From NCBI RefSeq assembly GCF_006345805.1, contig NC_043002.1, positions 4,030,001-4,094,000 on the forward strand: 64,000 nucleotides of DNA, in the 5' to 3' direction. Shown here piece by piece: positions 24,805 through 37,836 of this stretch. Below the pieces are notes generated by a model. That model was not told the origin of the DNA and did no database searches. It worked only from the letters and a program-made list of their open reading frames with translations. The first letter of the stretch is position 1, and each line of letters opens with the position of its first letter. A program made the translations under genes and the position numbers. The stretch comes from Octopus sinensis (taxonomy: Eukaryota).

Positions 24805-25200
24805 ATGTGGCCGATGCCAGCACCGCCTTGACTGGCTTCCGTGTCGGTGACACGTAAAAACCACCAACCAATCGCGGCCGTTGCCAGCCTCTCCTGGCAC
24901 CTGTGCCAGTGGCACGTAAAAGACACCAACTGATCATGGCCGTTGCCAGCCTCCGGTGACACGTAAAAAGCACCAACTGATCATGGCCGTTGCCAGCCTC
25001 CCCTGGCACCTGTGCCGGTGGCACGTAAAAAGCACCCACTACACTCACGGAGTGGTTGGCATTAGGAAGGGTATCTAGCTGTAGAAACACTGCCAGATCA
25101 GACTGGAGCCTGGTGCAGCCTCCTGGCTTCCCAGACCCTGGTCGAACCGTCCAACCCATGCTAGCATGGAAAACGGACGTTAAACGATGATGATGATGAT
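24805..25200 (+). mobile_element. RTE 3'-tail copy, subfamily 1, with about four internal modules
   Basis: Repeated gtgccggtggcacgtaaaaagcaccaac...gatcatggccgttgccagcctc modules, then the conserved tail; similar copies at 27720-28083(+), 29325-29700(-), 35385-35725(-), 36370-36645(+), 41535-41860(+), 47155-47350(+), 47830-48137(+), 49070-49330(-), 55620-55935(-). Confidence 0.9.
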
Positions 25201-25476
25201 GAATGCAGAGAATAAAGTAATGAAGGCAGTATTTGCTCTTTTTGTAAGTATAAAATCAGTATAAGTTTTTTGTTGTTGTTTTTTTTAATATAAAAAGTAA
25301 GTTTGCTAATTTTTAAGTGTAAGGCAAGACATGTTAATAATGTAATTTGAGGTTCATCAACCAATTTGAATGGAAATACCAGAAAACTTTGCAAAACTGT
25401 TAAGAAATAATAGTAAGTACTGGAAAAAAAAATTAGCAAAAAAATTCACAGAAATTACAACAGATATATTTTAGTT

Positions 25477-25749
25477 CTATATTTAAGAGATGAGGAATTA
25501 TGTACATTATTTACAATTAACAGATAATTGTCCTCATCGTGTTTGTTGCTAACACAACATTTTGGCTGGTATACCCTCCAGCCTTCATCAGGTGTCTTGG
25601 GGAAATTTTGAACCTGGGTTCTCATTCCGAAGGTATTTTTCGATGTTGTTGTTGTTGTTATTATTATTATTCAGGTCACTGAATATGGTGTAGTGGTTAA
25701 GAGTGCGGGCTACTAACCCCAAGATTCCAAGTTCGATTCCAGGCAGTGA

Positions 25750-25786
<37 letters not shown>

Positions 25787-25924
25787 GAAAAATACCTTAG
25801 GAATGAGAACCAAGGTTCAAAATTTCCCCAAGACACCTGATGAAGGCTGGAGGGTATATCAGCCGAAACGTTGTGTTAACAACAAACAAGATGAGGACAA
25901 ATATCCGTCAATTGTAAATAATGT
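25477..25924 (+). mobile_element. Palindromic tRNA-core / Penelope-tail retroelement with 15-bp TSD
   Basis: TSD agatatattttagtt (25462-25476, 25925-25939); inverted arms of ~180-200 bp; central tRNA-like segment 25674-25751 with A box tggtgtagtgg and B box gttcgattcc. Confidence 0.85.
25832..25877 (+). ncRNA. Minimal type I hammerhead ribozyme (PLE type)
   Basis: Stem I gacac/gtgtt, core CTGATGA, stem II ggctg-gagggtatat-cagcc, GAAA, loop-less palindromic stem III (AACGTT), cleavage triplet GUU. The antisense copy at 25551-25596 has the core GAAAC mutated to AAAAT. Confidence 0.72.
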
Positions 25925-26346
25925 AGATATATTTTAGTTTTTAGCCACTTTGGAGCGTTCTTAAGTTTAATTCATGCATTTCCCCCCAACTTTTAAATTT
26001 TTAAACCTGAGCATCCGTGACACAGAAAGCTAGTTTGTACAAAAGCAATAGCTGACTTTCCTTTTCATATGCATATGCAACAAAATCTGCAATTATTCTA
26101 GCACCAGCCTGTTGCACATATACAAAAGATAATTTTCTAAGATTTCTTTGCCAGGATTTAAGGTGTGTTTTATACAGGAGAGCATATCATTTATACATGA
26201 AAATATGTCGTTTTATTCAGGTCAAAAGTTTGTCTGTACCAACAGTTGACATAGTAGGATGTACAGACATTACATATACATAGTAAGACGTAACATACTC
26301 GCAATGGACCAGACCTTTATTCATTGACTTTTTATGTTTAAATGTA

Positions 26347-26730
26347 GGCGCAGGAGTGGCTGTGTGGTAAGTAGCCTGTCTACCAACCACATGGTTCCGG
26401 GTTCAGTCCCACTGCATGGCACCTTGGGCAAGTGTCTTCTACTATAGCCTCGGGCCGACCAAAGCCTTGTGAGTGGATTTGGTAGACGGAAACTGAAAGA
26501 AGCCCGTCATATATATGTATGCGTGTGTGTGTTTGTCCCTTTGGCATTGGTTGACAACCGATACTGGTGTGTTTATGTCCCCATCACTTAGCGGTTCAGC
26601 AAAAGAGACCGATAGAATAAGTACTAGGCTTACAAAAGAATAAGTTCTGGGGTTGATTTGCTCGATTAAAGGCGGTGCTCCAGCATGGCCGCAGTCAAAT
26701 GACTGAAACAAGTAAAAGAGTAAAGAGTAA
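26347..26730 (+). mobile_element. tRNA-derived SINE, family B, full length
   Basis: Near-identical to 14233-14610. Confidence 0.9.
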
Positions 26731-28443
26731 TGCATTAAACTAAATATTAGAGTTTATGTTTACATGTCCAACGCACTAAACCACCTATTCCTCTGTTGCT
26801 TATACTTATAACATCATTCTGCAGCTACTTTTACTGTAACGAGAGAAGACAATAAGCTATCTGCCTTAAGCAATGACCTACTTGGAGTTTTGTTGGGTTT
26901 AATTAAATTGAACGCATTATTTTTTAGTCGTATTAAAGTGTGGAATCATAAATACATCATTGACAACTCTATAGAGTTATATCTTTTCTTAGCATCTTTC
27001 GGTGACAAAGATTGTGAATGATTTCCTAAAATATTAATTCTATGGAATTTTGATACGAATCATTCATATCTGATGCTGCGTTTGCATTATCTACACATTC
27101 TGAAATTAAAGCTTCACCATTGTAGGAAATTATGCTATTTAGCAGCATTGGATAATCTAGAAACCCATTGTGAAACTTTCCAACTTCAACTGTTGATCTG
27201 GAACAAGTAAAAACAAAATCACTGTAGCAATATTTTTTTTAAAAACTGCCTGAGTTACATTCTTACAAGGAAATTAATGAATTCTATATTCCTTGGGAAT
27301 TCACTTTTAGACAGTGTTTTACTAGATTTTGTAACGGCATTCATGTAAAAAATATAAAAAGTAATGAAGCCTCACAGTTACTCAAATCTTAAACATTTCC
27401 TCCATTGAATAAGTGTATTGTATACATAGTTACTGTCCTAATGAAGATATCAGGGAAAGTACAAGGATTTTCTTCATAAGTATCCCGTTTCATAAATTTA
27501 CCCAAAAGTATATTAAAAAAAGAAAAAGAAAGAATATAACTTATTGTTTAGCAAATGAGTCTTCTCTTCATAAAAACTTGTTGGAATAGGTGAAAGAAGG
27601 CAGAATAGCCAACTAAAACAGCAAATATATCTTTGATAGAGGATTTTGAAATGGTTGCTTTCAAACAAATAATCCTAGAAGACATCATACAGTGTTTGTC
27701 AAAACTGTGCAATGTATCATTCGAAATCGAAATCGATCAAAAATCAATGGAAATTGTAGTTGTGATACCAGTGCCAGTGGCACATAAAAGCACCATCCAT
27801 ATGTGGCCGTTGCCAGCACCACCTCGACTGGCCTCCGTGCCGGTGGCACGTAAAAAGCATCAACCGATCATGACCGTTGCCAGCCTCCCCTGGCACCTAT
27901 GCCAGTGGCACGTAAAAAGCACTCACTACACTCACGGAGTGGTTGGCATTAGGAAGGGCATCCAGCTGTAGAAACACTGCCAGATCAGACTGAGCCTGGT
28001 GCAGCCTCCTGGCTTCCCAGACCCCAGTTGAACCGTTCAACCCATGCTAGTGTGGAAAACAGACGTTAAATGATGATGATGATATTAATTGCCATTTCTA
28101 AGCTTAGCCCAACTGTCAACACTTCCCTCAATTTCTCTGTATTCATTCTCATAAAAGCAACCAAACTCTTCCAACTGCCTATTTTGTTTTGTACACTCAT
28201 CAAAGACAGAAAACAAATGTGAAAGCCTTCTTGACTGAAACATCCTTAAGTCTACCGAGGCAAAGAAAGCATTATTATGTACTAAGTGACAATGCAATCA
28301 TATTGGTCATACATTTAACCATTTTAATACCAACCTGTCTTGAGACCACCTTTAGTTCTATGATACAAACCTCCACTTGTAAAGTGATTCAAAGTAAAAC
28401 CTTCCATTAAATTTACAGGTCAAATTATGTTCCAGACACCAGC

Positions 28444-28672
28444 TTAACCCTTTCGTTACCGTATTTATTTTGAGATGCTCTGTGTTTCAGTCAATTAATT
28501 TTAAATGTAACAAAGAATTTAGTAAAAGAAATTAGTCATCATTAAACTAGCGTTGGGAACATAAATTGTGACTAAGATTTGGTGGAAGATTTTAATTCAA
28601 AACTTATGAAAACAAGACATTTGTATTCAGAGCCAGAGGCAGTTTTGGCTGGGTTGGTTTCGAAAGGATTAA
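28444..28672. mobile_element. TTAA-flanked (piggyBac-like) MITE
   Basis: ttaaccctttcgttacc ... ggtttcgaaaggattaa; a related fragment lies at 28316-28440 in the opposite orientation. Confidence 0.6.
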
Positions 28673-31600
28673 TAATGACTAAGTTATTTTTTTACTAAAT
28701 TCTTCATTATTTTCGGAATTATTTGAAGCCAAGGCAGTGTTTTCAACAGAAATATGATAACAAAAGAATTAGAAAAAATTTGTTTAAACCAAGTTCTTTT
28801 TTTTTGTTTTCTTGCATTACTATGGCATGAACTTTCAGTTCAAACCAAAGTTTGTAGAACCCAGCCACTGGCACTGCACAAAGGGAACAACAAAACAATA
28901 AAATACTGTAAATGTGAGAACATTTCTAAGATGTAGGAATATTCATCAAAATGCATGAATGTGTGAAGAGATAGCAGATGCTGGGAATTGCTGAATAATG
29001 CAAGAAGACTGACCAAGGCTGTAATTCAAGATACACCATTGAAAATAAGAGAAGAGAGTCAGAATAGGGAGATCTTTGATGAAAGTTAGCTTGACCAGGA
29101 TACAACAAACCAAACTAGGATATTATTTAGGAAAGATGCCAATTGTATAAGTTCTTGTATTGGCACATGGGTACCACAGATTTGGTGGGGGGTGGTTATA
29201 ATTGATATCTTGTCTTCAATACAAGACTAGTACTAGCAAGATTTGAATTAGAAATGAGAGAGAGAGAGAGAGAGGGAGAGAGAGAGAGTGTGTGTGTGTA
29301 TGTGTAAAACCTTTCCCTCCTTCATCATCATCATCATCATCGTTTAACGTCCGTTTTCCGTGCTAGCACGGGTTGGACTGGGGTCTGGGAAGCCAGGAGG
29401 CTGCACCAGGCTCCAGTCTAATCTGGCAGTGTTTCTACAGCTGGATGCCCTTCCTAACGCCAACCACTCTGCGAGTGTAGTGGGTGCTTTTTACGTGCCA
29501 TCGGCACAGGTGCCAGGGGAGTCTGGCATCGGCCACGATCGGTTGGTGCTTTTAACGTACCATCGGCACGGAAGCCAGTCAAGGCGGCGCTGGCATCGGC
29601 CACGTTCGGATGGTGCTTTTTATGTGCCACCAGCACGGAAGCCAGCCAAGGCGGCGCTGGCATCAGCCACGTTCGGATGGTGCTTTTTATGTGCCAGTCG
29701 AGGCGGCAAAGAGATCTTGTGTCTAGGGAGAGTCATTATTATGATAAATGCTCCTCAAAAGTCTTTGGATCATGGTGGTCTATAATGAAACAATTATTAT
29801 TATTATTATTTGTCTTTCAACTACCTGGGATCAATCAAATACAGTTTCATCAAAATACTGGGGTTAATATAACTGACCAACCCTTTCTCACTAAATCTGA
29901 GACCTTGTGCCTAATTAAGAAACAAAGATTATGGCAGAATCATTACAACATCAAATTAAATACTTCACAGAATATATTCCAGCTTTTTACATTCTGAGTT
30001 CAAATTCTGTAGAGGTTGACTTTGCCTTTCATACTTCTAGGGATCAATAAAATAAGCACCAGTTGAACACTGGGGTCAGTGTAATTGACTTACTCCCTTC
30101 CTTGAAATTGCTGGTTTTGTGCCAAAAATAGAAACCACCCTTTCCCTCAGAAATACTGGCCTTGTGCCTATAGTAAAAAACAGGATTATTTTAGCATTCA
30201 GATTAGTTGTATAATCCATATTGACACATAAAAGGCACCATTCAAGCGTGATTGTTACCAGTGTCGCCTTACTGGCACTCGAGCCCCGTGCTAGTACGGG
30301 AATTAAGAGCACCAGCCGAGCATGATCGTTGCCAGAGCGGCTTTCTGGCCTCCGTGCTGGTGGCACGTAAAAGACACCATTCAAGCGTGATCGTTACCAG
30401 CATCGCCTTACTGGCACCTGTGCCAGTGGCATGTGTAAAAAGATTCGAGCGAGGTCGTTGCCAGTACTGCCTGACTGGCCCTGTGCCGGTGGCACATAAA
30501 AGCACCCACTACACTCTCGGAGTGGTTGGTGTTAGGAAGGGCATCCAGCTGTAGAAACTCTGCCAGATCAAGACTGGAGCCTGGTGCAGCCATCTGGTTC
30601 ACCAGCCCTCAGTCAAACCGTCCAACCCATGTTAGCATGGAAGGTGGACGGTAAACGATATGATGATGATTCCCATTGTTTTGAATTAATCATGTATTAT
30701 CTAATAGCTCTGAGCTTTCAATGATGTGATTGTTTATTCTTAGAAAGATATTGTAGGGGAGGTGTAAGAGGCTGGATCTGGCCAATATGAGCATATAACA
30801 CATAGGCTATTCAGACCTGATATGGACAGTTTAATTGTTCAAAGGTTCAGACAGTAAACTGGCAGAATCCTTAGCGTGCCAGACAAAATGGTTTCTGCCA
30901 TTCCGTCTGTCTTTACATTCAGATTTTGAATTCCACTACGGTTTAACTTTGCCTTTCATCCTTTCAGAGTCAATAAAATAAATACCAGTCAAACACTGGG
31001 GTCGATGTAATCAAATTTCAGGCCTTATGCCTTCAGTAAAAAGGATTATTATTATTTATTTCTTTATTGCCCTCAGGGGGGTAAACAAGGACAGACAAAG
31101 GGATTAAGTCGATTACATCGACCCCAGAGCCTAACTGGTACTTATTTATTCGACCCCGAAAGGATGAAAGGCAAAGTCGACCTCGGCGGAATTTGAACTC
31201 AGAACGTAGTGGCAGATGAAATACTGCTAAGCATTTCGCCCAGCATGCTAACATTTCTGCCAGCTCGCCGCTCTAAGGATTATTATTATTAAGGCAGCAA
31301 GCTGGCAGAATTGTTAGCACGCAGGGTGAAATGCTTAGCAGTATTTCACCCATTGCTACATTTGGAGTTTAAGTTCTGCTGAGGTCAACTTTGTCTTTCA
31401 TTCTTTTGGTTTCGATAAATTGGGGCCGATGAAATCGACTAGACCCCTTCTCCAAAATTTCAGGCCCTTGTGCCTTTAGTAGAAAGGTTGTTTTTCTTAA
31501 TGTAAACCCTTATGATTAATAAAGAAATTGTTATTATTATTATGACTCCTGACTATTAAGCCAGAATGTACAATTTGAAAAATGAAAGCCATATATAATC

Positions 31601-31789
31601 AAGTAGGGAATGTCTGTAGCAGTTTTTCATCTATCACTCCTGAGAATAAAAGATTAAGAAAAAAAAATCAGATTTTATTAGCACAAATATACATGAATGA
31701 AAACCACAAATCCGATTTTAAAGTCAGACTTATCTATATAAATAGATAAATATCTTATGTGTGCATTGTATACCTTGCGTCCATGTCCT

Positions 31790-31821
<32 letters not shown>

Positions 31822-31826
<5 letters not shown>

Positions 31827-32143
31827 TAGATAGATAGATAGACAGACAGGATAGATAGAGACAGACAGACAGACAGGATAGATAGATAGACAGATAGATA
31901 GACAGATAGGATAGATAGATAGATAGATAGATAGATAGAGATAGATAGATAGACAGATAGATAGATAGACAGATAGATAGACAATAGATAGATAGATAGA
32001 TAGATAGAGATAGATAGACAGATAGACAGACAGATAGACAGATAGAGATAGATAGACAGATAGATAGACAGATAGATAGATAGATAGATACAGATAGATA
32101 GATAGACAGATATATAGATAGATAGATAGATAGATAGATAGAC

Positions 32144-32182
<39 letters not shown>

Positions 32183-32195
32183 TAGATAGATAGAC

Positions 32196-32254
<59 letters not shown>

Positions 32255-32313
32255 AGATAGATAGATAGATAGATAGATAGACAGATATATAGATAGATAG
32301 ATGATAGATAGAC

Positions 32314-32344
<31 letters not shown>

Positions 32345-32351
32345 CAGATAT

Positions 32352-32424
<73 letters not shown>

Positions 32425-32450
32425 TAGACAGGGAGAGAGAGAGAGAGAGA
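31822..32450. repeat. Long compound (AGAT)n/(AGAC)n microsatellite
   Basis: About 630 bp of GATA/GACA repeats; source of the 264-aa pseudo-ORF 31730-32524. Confidence 0.97.
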
Positions 32451-33652
32451 GAAATGTTTATTACAATGAATAGTTTCTTATGATGATGGTGTCGTAAGTG
32501 TATCAGCCCCCGTCGTTCCCCCATCTACCAACCACACCAATACGAAAAGTATGACTCGTGTAAATTTTTGTATACGTGTACAACAACCATAGGTGTTCAC
32601 GCAAATGCCTGCTCTCTCCCTCTCTCTTTCACTCTCTCTCACTCACTAACTCACTCACTCACTCTCTCACTCAACACATGAAACCGGCCGGTAAGGCAGA
32701 GAGCGGTTGGCTGAAACTAAATAAATACAACGATGTTTTTAAATGCATTTGAAAGCTTCTTGGCTCGTGTTTATAGGATCAGAAATATAAAAATATGTAA
32801 TCGAAGTTGTTGTTTTATTCCAGGTCAGCCCTGACCACATTTTGCCTCGTCTTTTTTTTATTTTATTCTATTCTATTTTCAAGCACAGTCTATCTAGGAC
32901 TATATCATGCAAGGTGTTCCCCTTGGTGTAACTGCTTAATTCTAGATCAGCCCTGATCAAACCCATCTGTTCAAAAGCAACCTAGCTGTAACCATACCTA
33001 TTTCTTTACTACCCACAAGGGGCTAAACACAGAGGGGACAAACAAGGACAGACAAACGGCCCAGTGGGTAACTGGTACTTATTTAATCGACCCCGAAAGG
33101 ATGAAAGGCAAAGTCGACCTCGGCGGAATTTGAACTCAGAACGTAGTAACCATACCATCTTTCTTTGTATTTACTTAAAAACACGACTCAGTATATCCGC
33201 ATTATTCACGTCGGGTGTAGTTTGAGGAATATTTGGCTGCTATTTTGTAACAGTTCGAGCAACTACGTAAAATGCTTGCTTCTCCGTTGGGTCGACACAG
33301 ACACCTGTTGTCATTTTCATTTAGCTCCAAGTCAGCCCTTGTTTAAAACAGACGGACCCTATGAACAAAATCATTTCAAACTGTCACCATTCGATAATTT
33401 AAGAGCCACGTAGGACAATAATGAGTTAAAAAGCGTACCAGACATACAAAGGGTTAACCTTTTAACTCATTGTAGTCCTGCACAGCCCAACTCATTGTAG
33501 TCCTGCACAGCCCTAAAATTAGACGATGAAAAATTAACCGGAACTGACAACAGTAACATTGTATAATTTCATTAAGAGGACTCCTGAAATCCCCTAATTT
33601 TATTAACGGTGTACATTCGTTGTGCCACGCTTAAGTGTATAGTAACATTCTA

Positions 33653-33902
33653 ATTCTGTTGTGCCTGGGGGGGGGGGAGTCATTTTCTTTTTGTGCCTTG
33701 TTATGTAACACACTCACAGGTAAAATTTCCACGTTTCTCTTATTTTTATTGTCCTAAAATTTTCCTTGCATCTTGCAACCTTTTCAATAGTTTTGACGCA
33801 ACGAAAATTTTAGGACAATAAAAATAAGAAAAACGTGGAAATTTTACCGGTGAGTGTAACAAGGTACAAAAAGAAAATGACTCTCCCCAGACACAACAGA
33901 AT
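33653..33902. mobile_element. Foldback MITE with ~105-bp inverted arms
   Basis: attctgttgtgcctggg...gtcctaaaattttc pairs with gaaaattttaggac...cccagacacaacagaat; TA-type flanks. Confidence 0.75.
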
Positions 33903-34500
33903 ATGCTTCAACACACGAACTCATATAAAGAACCTTGCAAACCAAATCCAAAAACGAAATAACATTCTAATGATATCTTAAATACTTCAGAAAGAGCAGC
34001 TGAAGTACATCATTGCAACGTTCGGAAGGTAATTCGATGACTCTTGTATGTCGACGCACGATCGCCAAGTGCGCAAAAGCAATCAACTCGCACGATCAGC
34101 CAATGGGGAATTGGTGGCGTTGATCCTGTCAAATCAATCAATATATAGTGTTTACATGAAACTATCGAATTTCACTGTCGTGATTAACGCTCAATTTACT
34201 TTCATTTCTAGCAAATCGAGTTCCCACGCAGAAGCTCACTCGTTGGCTCCGACAGCCACCTGTTGATGAATACAACAGCAGCTGTAGTAGTAGTGGTAGT
34301 AGTAGTAGTATTAGTATTAGTAGTAGTATTAGTAGTAGTAGTAGTGGTGGTGGTGGTAGTAGTAGTAGTAGTTAGTACAACTAGTGTGTCGGCGGTTTAA
34401 GATGAACCTCAAAAAGGTTCGCTTCATTCTTTCACTCTCAAACCTAGTATTATTAAAAGCGTGCAGGTCACACCCTTTTTTTTTTGTATACGACCACCAT

Positions 34501-34532
<32 letters not shown>

Positions 34533-35959
34533 ATTTGCCACCCACTGCATTAATTAGGAATTATTAATTGCAGCAACGTTGCCCAGTTACCCAACTTTAC
34601 AATATGACAACGTTACATATGGAAAAAAAACAAAAGAAACACCATGCCATTCACAAAAATTGATACCACATTCTACAGGTACATATACAAGGCAGACATT
34701 CCGACACAGTGAGGCTGTTCGGTCACTGAACTGTGGCATATCTGGAGCGCCGCCTTCAAGGGTCATCAAACTCAGCCGAGTACTTGCACAGGTTTTTGTT
34801 GGGATTTTTTTTTTTTTTTGCGATCTACATTTATCGACTGGCCAAGGAACCTTTTTGACAAAACACGGGTTTTACTCCGGTGAACATAAGCCTAGACAAG
34901 ATCGGAGACATGCCCGTATCCGCTCCTCATCATTCTACGCCTGCTTTCCATGCTGGCATGGGTTGGACGGATATGCGTGTCTGTGCGCGTCTTTTGTGTT
35001 CGTTCATCCGTCACCGCTTCATAATGATGTTGAGGTGTTTGCATCTCTTCAACTTGGCAGTCAACAAAGAGTAAACTAATAGAATAACTAGCAAACCTAG
35101 AAAAATACTGGGTTTGATTTCATTCACTAAATCCTTTACTATGGTACCCCAGCATGGCCAGGGACCAAGGAGCGAAAAAGTAAACGAATATGGAATGTGT
35201 GTACGGGTTTGTGAAGAAGTTTGCTTCACAGCCACTGTGTGGCAACTTGGACAAGTATCTCCTGCTGTAGCCCTGAGCTAACCAAAGCTTTCTAAGTGGA
35301 ATTGGTAGATGGAAACTGAAAGCCTACCATATATGTGTATGAGTGTGCGTGTATGTGTTAGTGTCTGCTTGTCTTAACATTGTGTCATCATCATCATCAT
35401 CGTTTAACGTCCGTTTTCCATGCTAGCATGGGTTGGACGGTTCAACCAGGGTCTGGAAGCCATGGAGGCTGCATCAGTCTCCAATCTGATCTGGCAGAGT
35501 TTCTACAGCTGGATGCCCTTCCTAACGCCAACCACTCGGTGAGTGTAGTGGGTATTTTTTATGTGCCACCGGCACAGGGGCCAGAGCAGGCTGGCAAATG
35601 GCCACGATCGGTTGGTGCTTTTATGTGTCACCAACATGGATGCCAGTCAGGCGGCTCTGGCATCTGCCACGTTCAGACGGTGCTTTTTACGTGTCACCGG
35701 CACGGGTGACTTAACTACAATTTCCATTTGAATTTTTATTTTGGATAGTTGTAAATGATTGTCACTGCACAACAAGCAGTGTCGTTCCTTGCTAATATTC
35801 TGTGAGAACATGTCTGATCCTGCCGAAATATTACTTTGTTTGGAAGCAGACGAAGGTTAATGACAGGAAAGGCATCTGGTCACAGAACATCTGCCTCAGT
35901 AAATACCATTGAACACCATGGAAGCACAGAAAGGTAGATATTAAGATGATGATGATCTA

Positions 35960-36350
35960 GGCGTGGCTGTGTGGTAAGTAGCTTGCTTACCAACCACATG
36001 GTTTCAGGTTCAGTCTCACTGTGTGGCACCTTGGGCAAGTGTCGTCTACTTTAGCCTCAGGCCAACCAAAGCCTTATGAGTGGATTTGGTAGATGGAAAC
36101 TGAACGAAGCCTATCGTATACATATATGTATATATGTGCGCATGTGCATGTTTGTGTTTGTCCCTCCACCATCGCTTCACAACCAGTGCTGGTGTGTTTA
36201 TGTCCCTGTAACTTAGTGGTTCAGCAAAGAGACCGATAGAATAAGTACTAGGCTTACGAAGAATAAGTTCTGGGGTCAATTTGTTCAACTAAAGGCAGTG
36301 CTCCAGCATGGTCGAAGTCAAATGACTGAAACGAATAAAAGAATAAAAGA
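35960..36350 (+). mobile_element. tRNA-derived SINE, family B
   Basis: Same consensus as 14233-14610. Confidence 0.85.
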
Positions 36351-37294
36351 ATATATATATATATATATATACGTGGCCGATGCCAGTGCCACCTTGACTG
36401 GCTTCTGTGCCGGTGGCACGTAAAAAGCACCAACCGATCATGACCGTTGCCAGCCTCCCCTGGCACATAAAAAGCTCCCACTACACTCACGGAGTGGTTG
36501 GCATAAGGAAGGACATCCAGCTGTAGAAACACTACCAGATCAGACTGGAGCCTGGTGCAGCCTCCTGGCTTCCCAGACCCCGGTTGAACCGTCCAACCCA
36601 TGCTAGCATGGAAAACGGACGTTAAACGATGATGATGATGATGATTTATATATATGTATATACAGGATGGCCACAAAGTTATGCACCATGAGAGATATGA
36701 AGTATGATTTATTAGTTATGAAGTAGGCAATCCATTACAAATGTTCAAAGTGTTGGCCACGTAGCTTCAAACAAGTATTCCTAAGGTATCTGAAATTGTG
36801 ATGAACCTTCTCAAATGGCTCTTTATTGCTGAGTCATGCAGGAACAGAGAGAGGAAGCTTCTTTCAGTTTCCGTCTGTCAAATCCACTCACTAGGCTTGG
36901 TTGGTCCGAGGCCATAGTATAGTAGAAAGCACTTGCCCAAGGTGCCATGAAGTGGGACTGAACCCAGAACCATGTGGTTAGGAAGCTAGTTTCTTACCCA
37001 ACAGCCATGTCTGCACCATAAACTTAAAGCCAAAAACCTCAAAGCCATCAGAAGAGAAAAGGAAGAAATCAAACAACAGCGAGGGAAAGGTTGGACAAAA
37101 TCAACCTCGTCCTCCACCAACGTTGCCATGCAAGTCAATGCCATTGACTCTTCTGTGCAAGAATTGGTCTCTGGAGTCACCAACAGCATCACAATAAAGG
37201 AACTGGTTCAGCAAAACAGAAAATACTCAGATACAAGATAAGCTGACAATATATATTAAAGCTGCAAAAACATCACAAAAAACTGTTACTCAGC

Positions 37295-37333
<39 letters not shown>

Positions 37334-37336
<3 letters not shown>

Positions 37337-37720
37337 CAGTATCGCCCGGCGTTGCTCGGGTTTGTAAGGGAAATAACTATATAAGCATTTTTAGAGATGT
37401 AAAGTATAATAGCCATCTCAATATGGCTAACCACAACGGGGGGGGGGGTGTTACTGTAGCTTTTTACGTTCTGAGATTTAATAATAAATTTTTAGAGAGT
37501 TACTTCCCTTATATATGCCAAAAATGCATTAAAAATGGGAAAAATTGATGGTAATTTTTTTTTTAAATCGTAGACTCATCATAGACGCGCGCTAATATCC
37601 AGAAGGGCTCGATATGAATCACGACTATAAGATACCCGGTTTTGGTTAAACTGCACCGCAAAATGTGGGAGTAGTTAGGAATCTAAATCGTAGGAGACAG
37701 ACAGCACACAACCTCACTTT

Positions 37721-37730
<10 letters not shown>
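37334..37730 (+). mobile_element. Helitron/Helentron-type non-autonomous element
   Basis: Inserted in (TA)n; 5' tagcagtatcgcccggcgttgctcggg hairpin; 3' end ...cttttatatata; no TSD or TIR. Confidence 0.55.
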
Positions 37731-37760
<30 letters not shown>

Positions 37761-37836
37761 GCAGAAGTAACAGAGTGACTCAAGGTCTGAGAGTTTCATG
37801 TATTGACACCTATATTATGTATATATATAATTATTA

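Noticed and set aside
24805-25050. Repeat-spacer-like array suggesting CRISPR
   Set aside because: Units are degenerate modules of the RTE tail with no unique spacers, no cas genes, and a eukaryotic context.
28085-28297. 70-aa minus ORF with FSVFDEC, considered as malectin exon 2
   Set aside because: No AG before VFD, no similarity to malectin afterwards, and no good donor.
31560-31650. Strong minus-strand acceptor followed by GVIDEKLLQTFPT-stop
   Set aside because: Very short frame, no donor and no homology; insufficient support.
31730-32524. 264-aa ORF (LSIY repeats)
   Set aside because: Translation of the GATA/GACA microsatellite.
33464-33513. Perfect 25-bp tandem duplication
   Set aside because: Real but trivial slippage or TSD remnant with no further structure.
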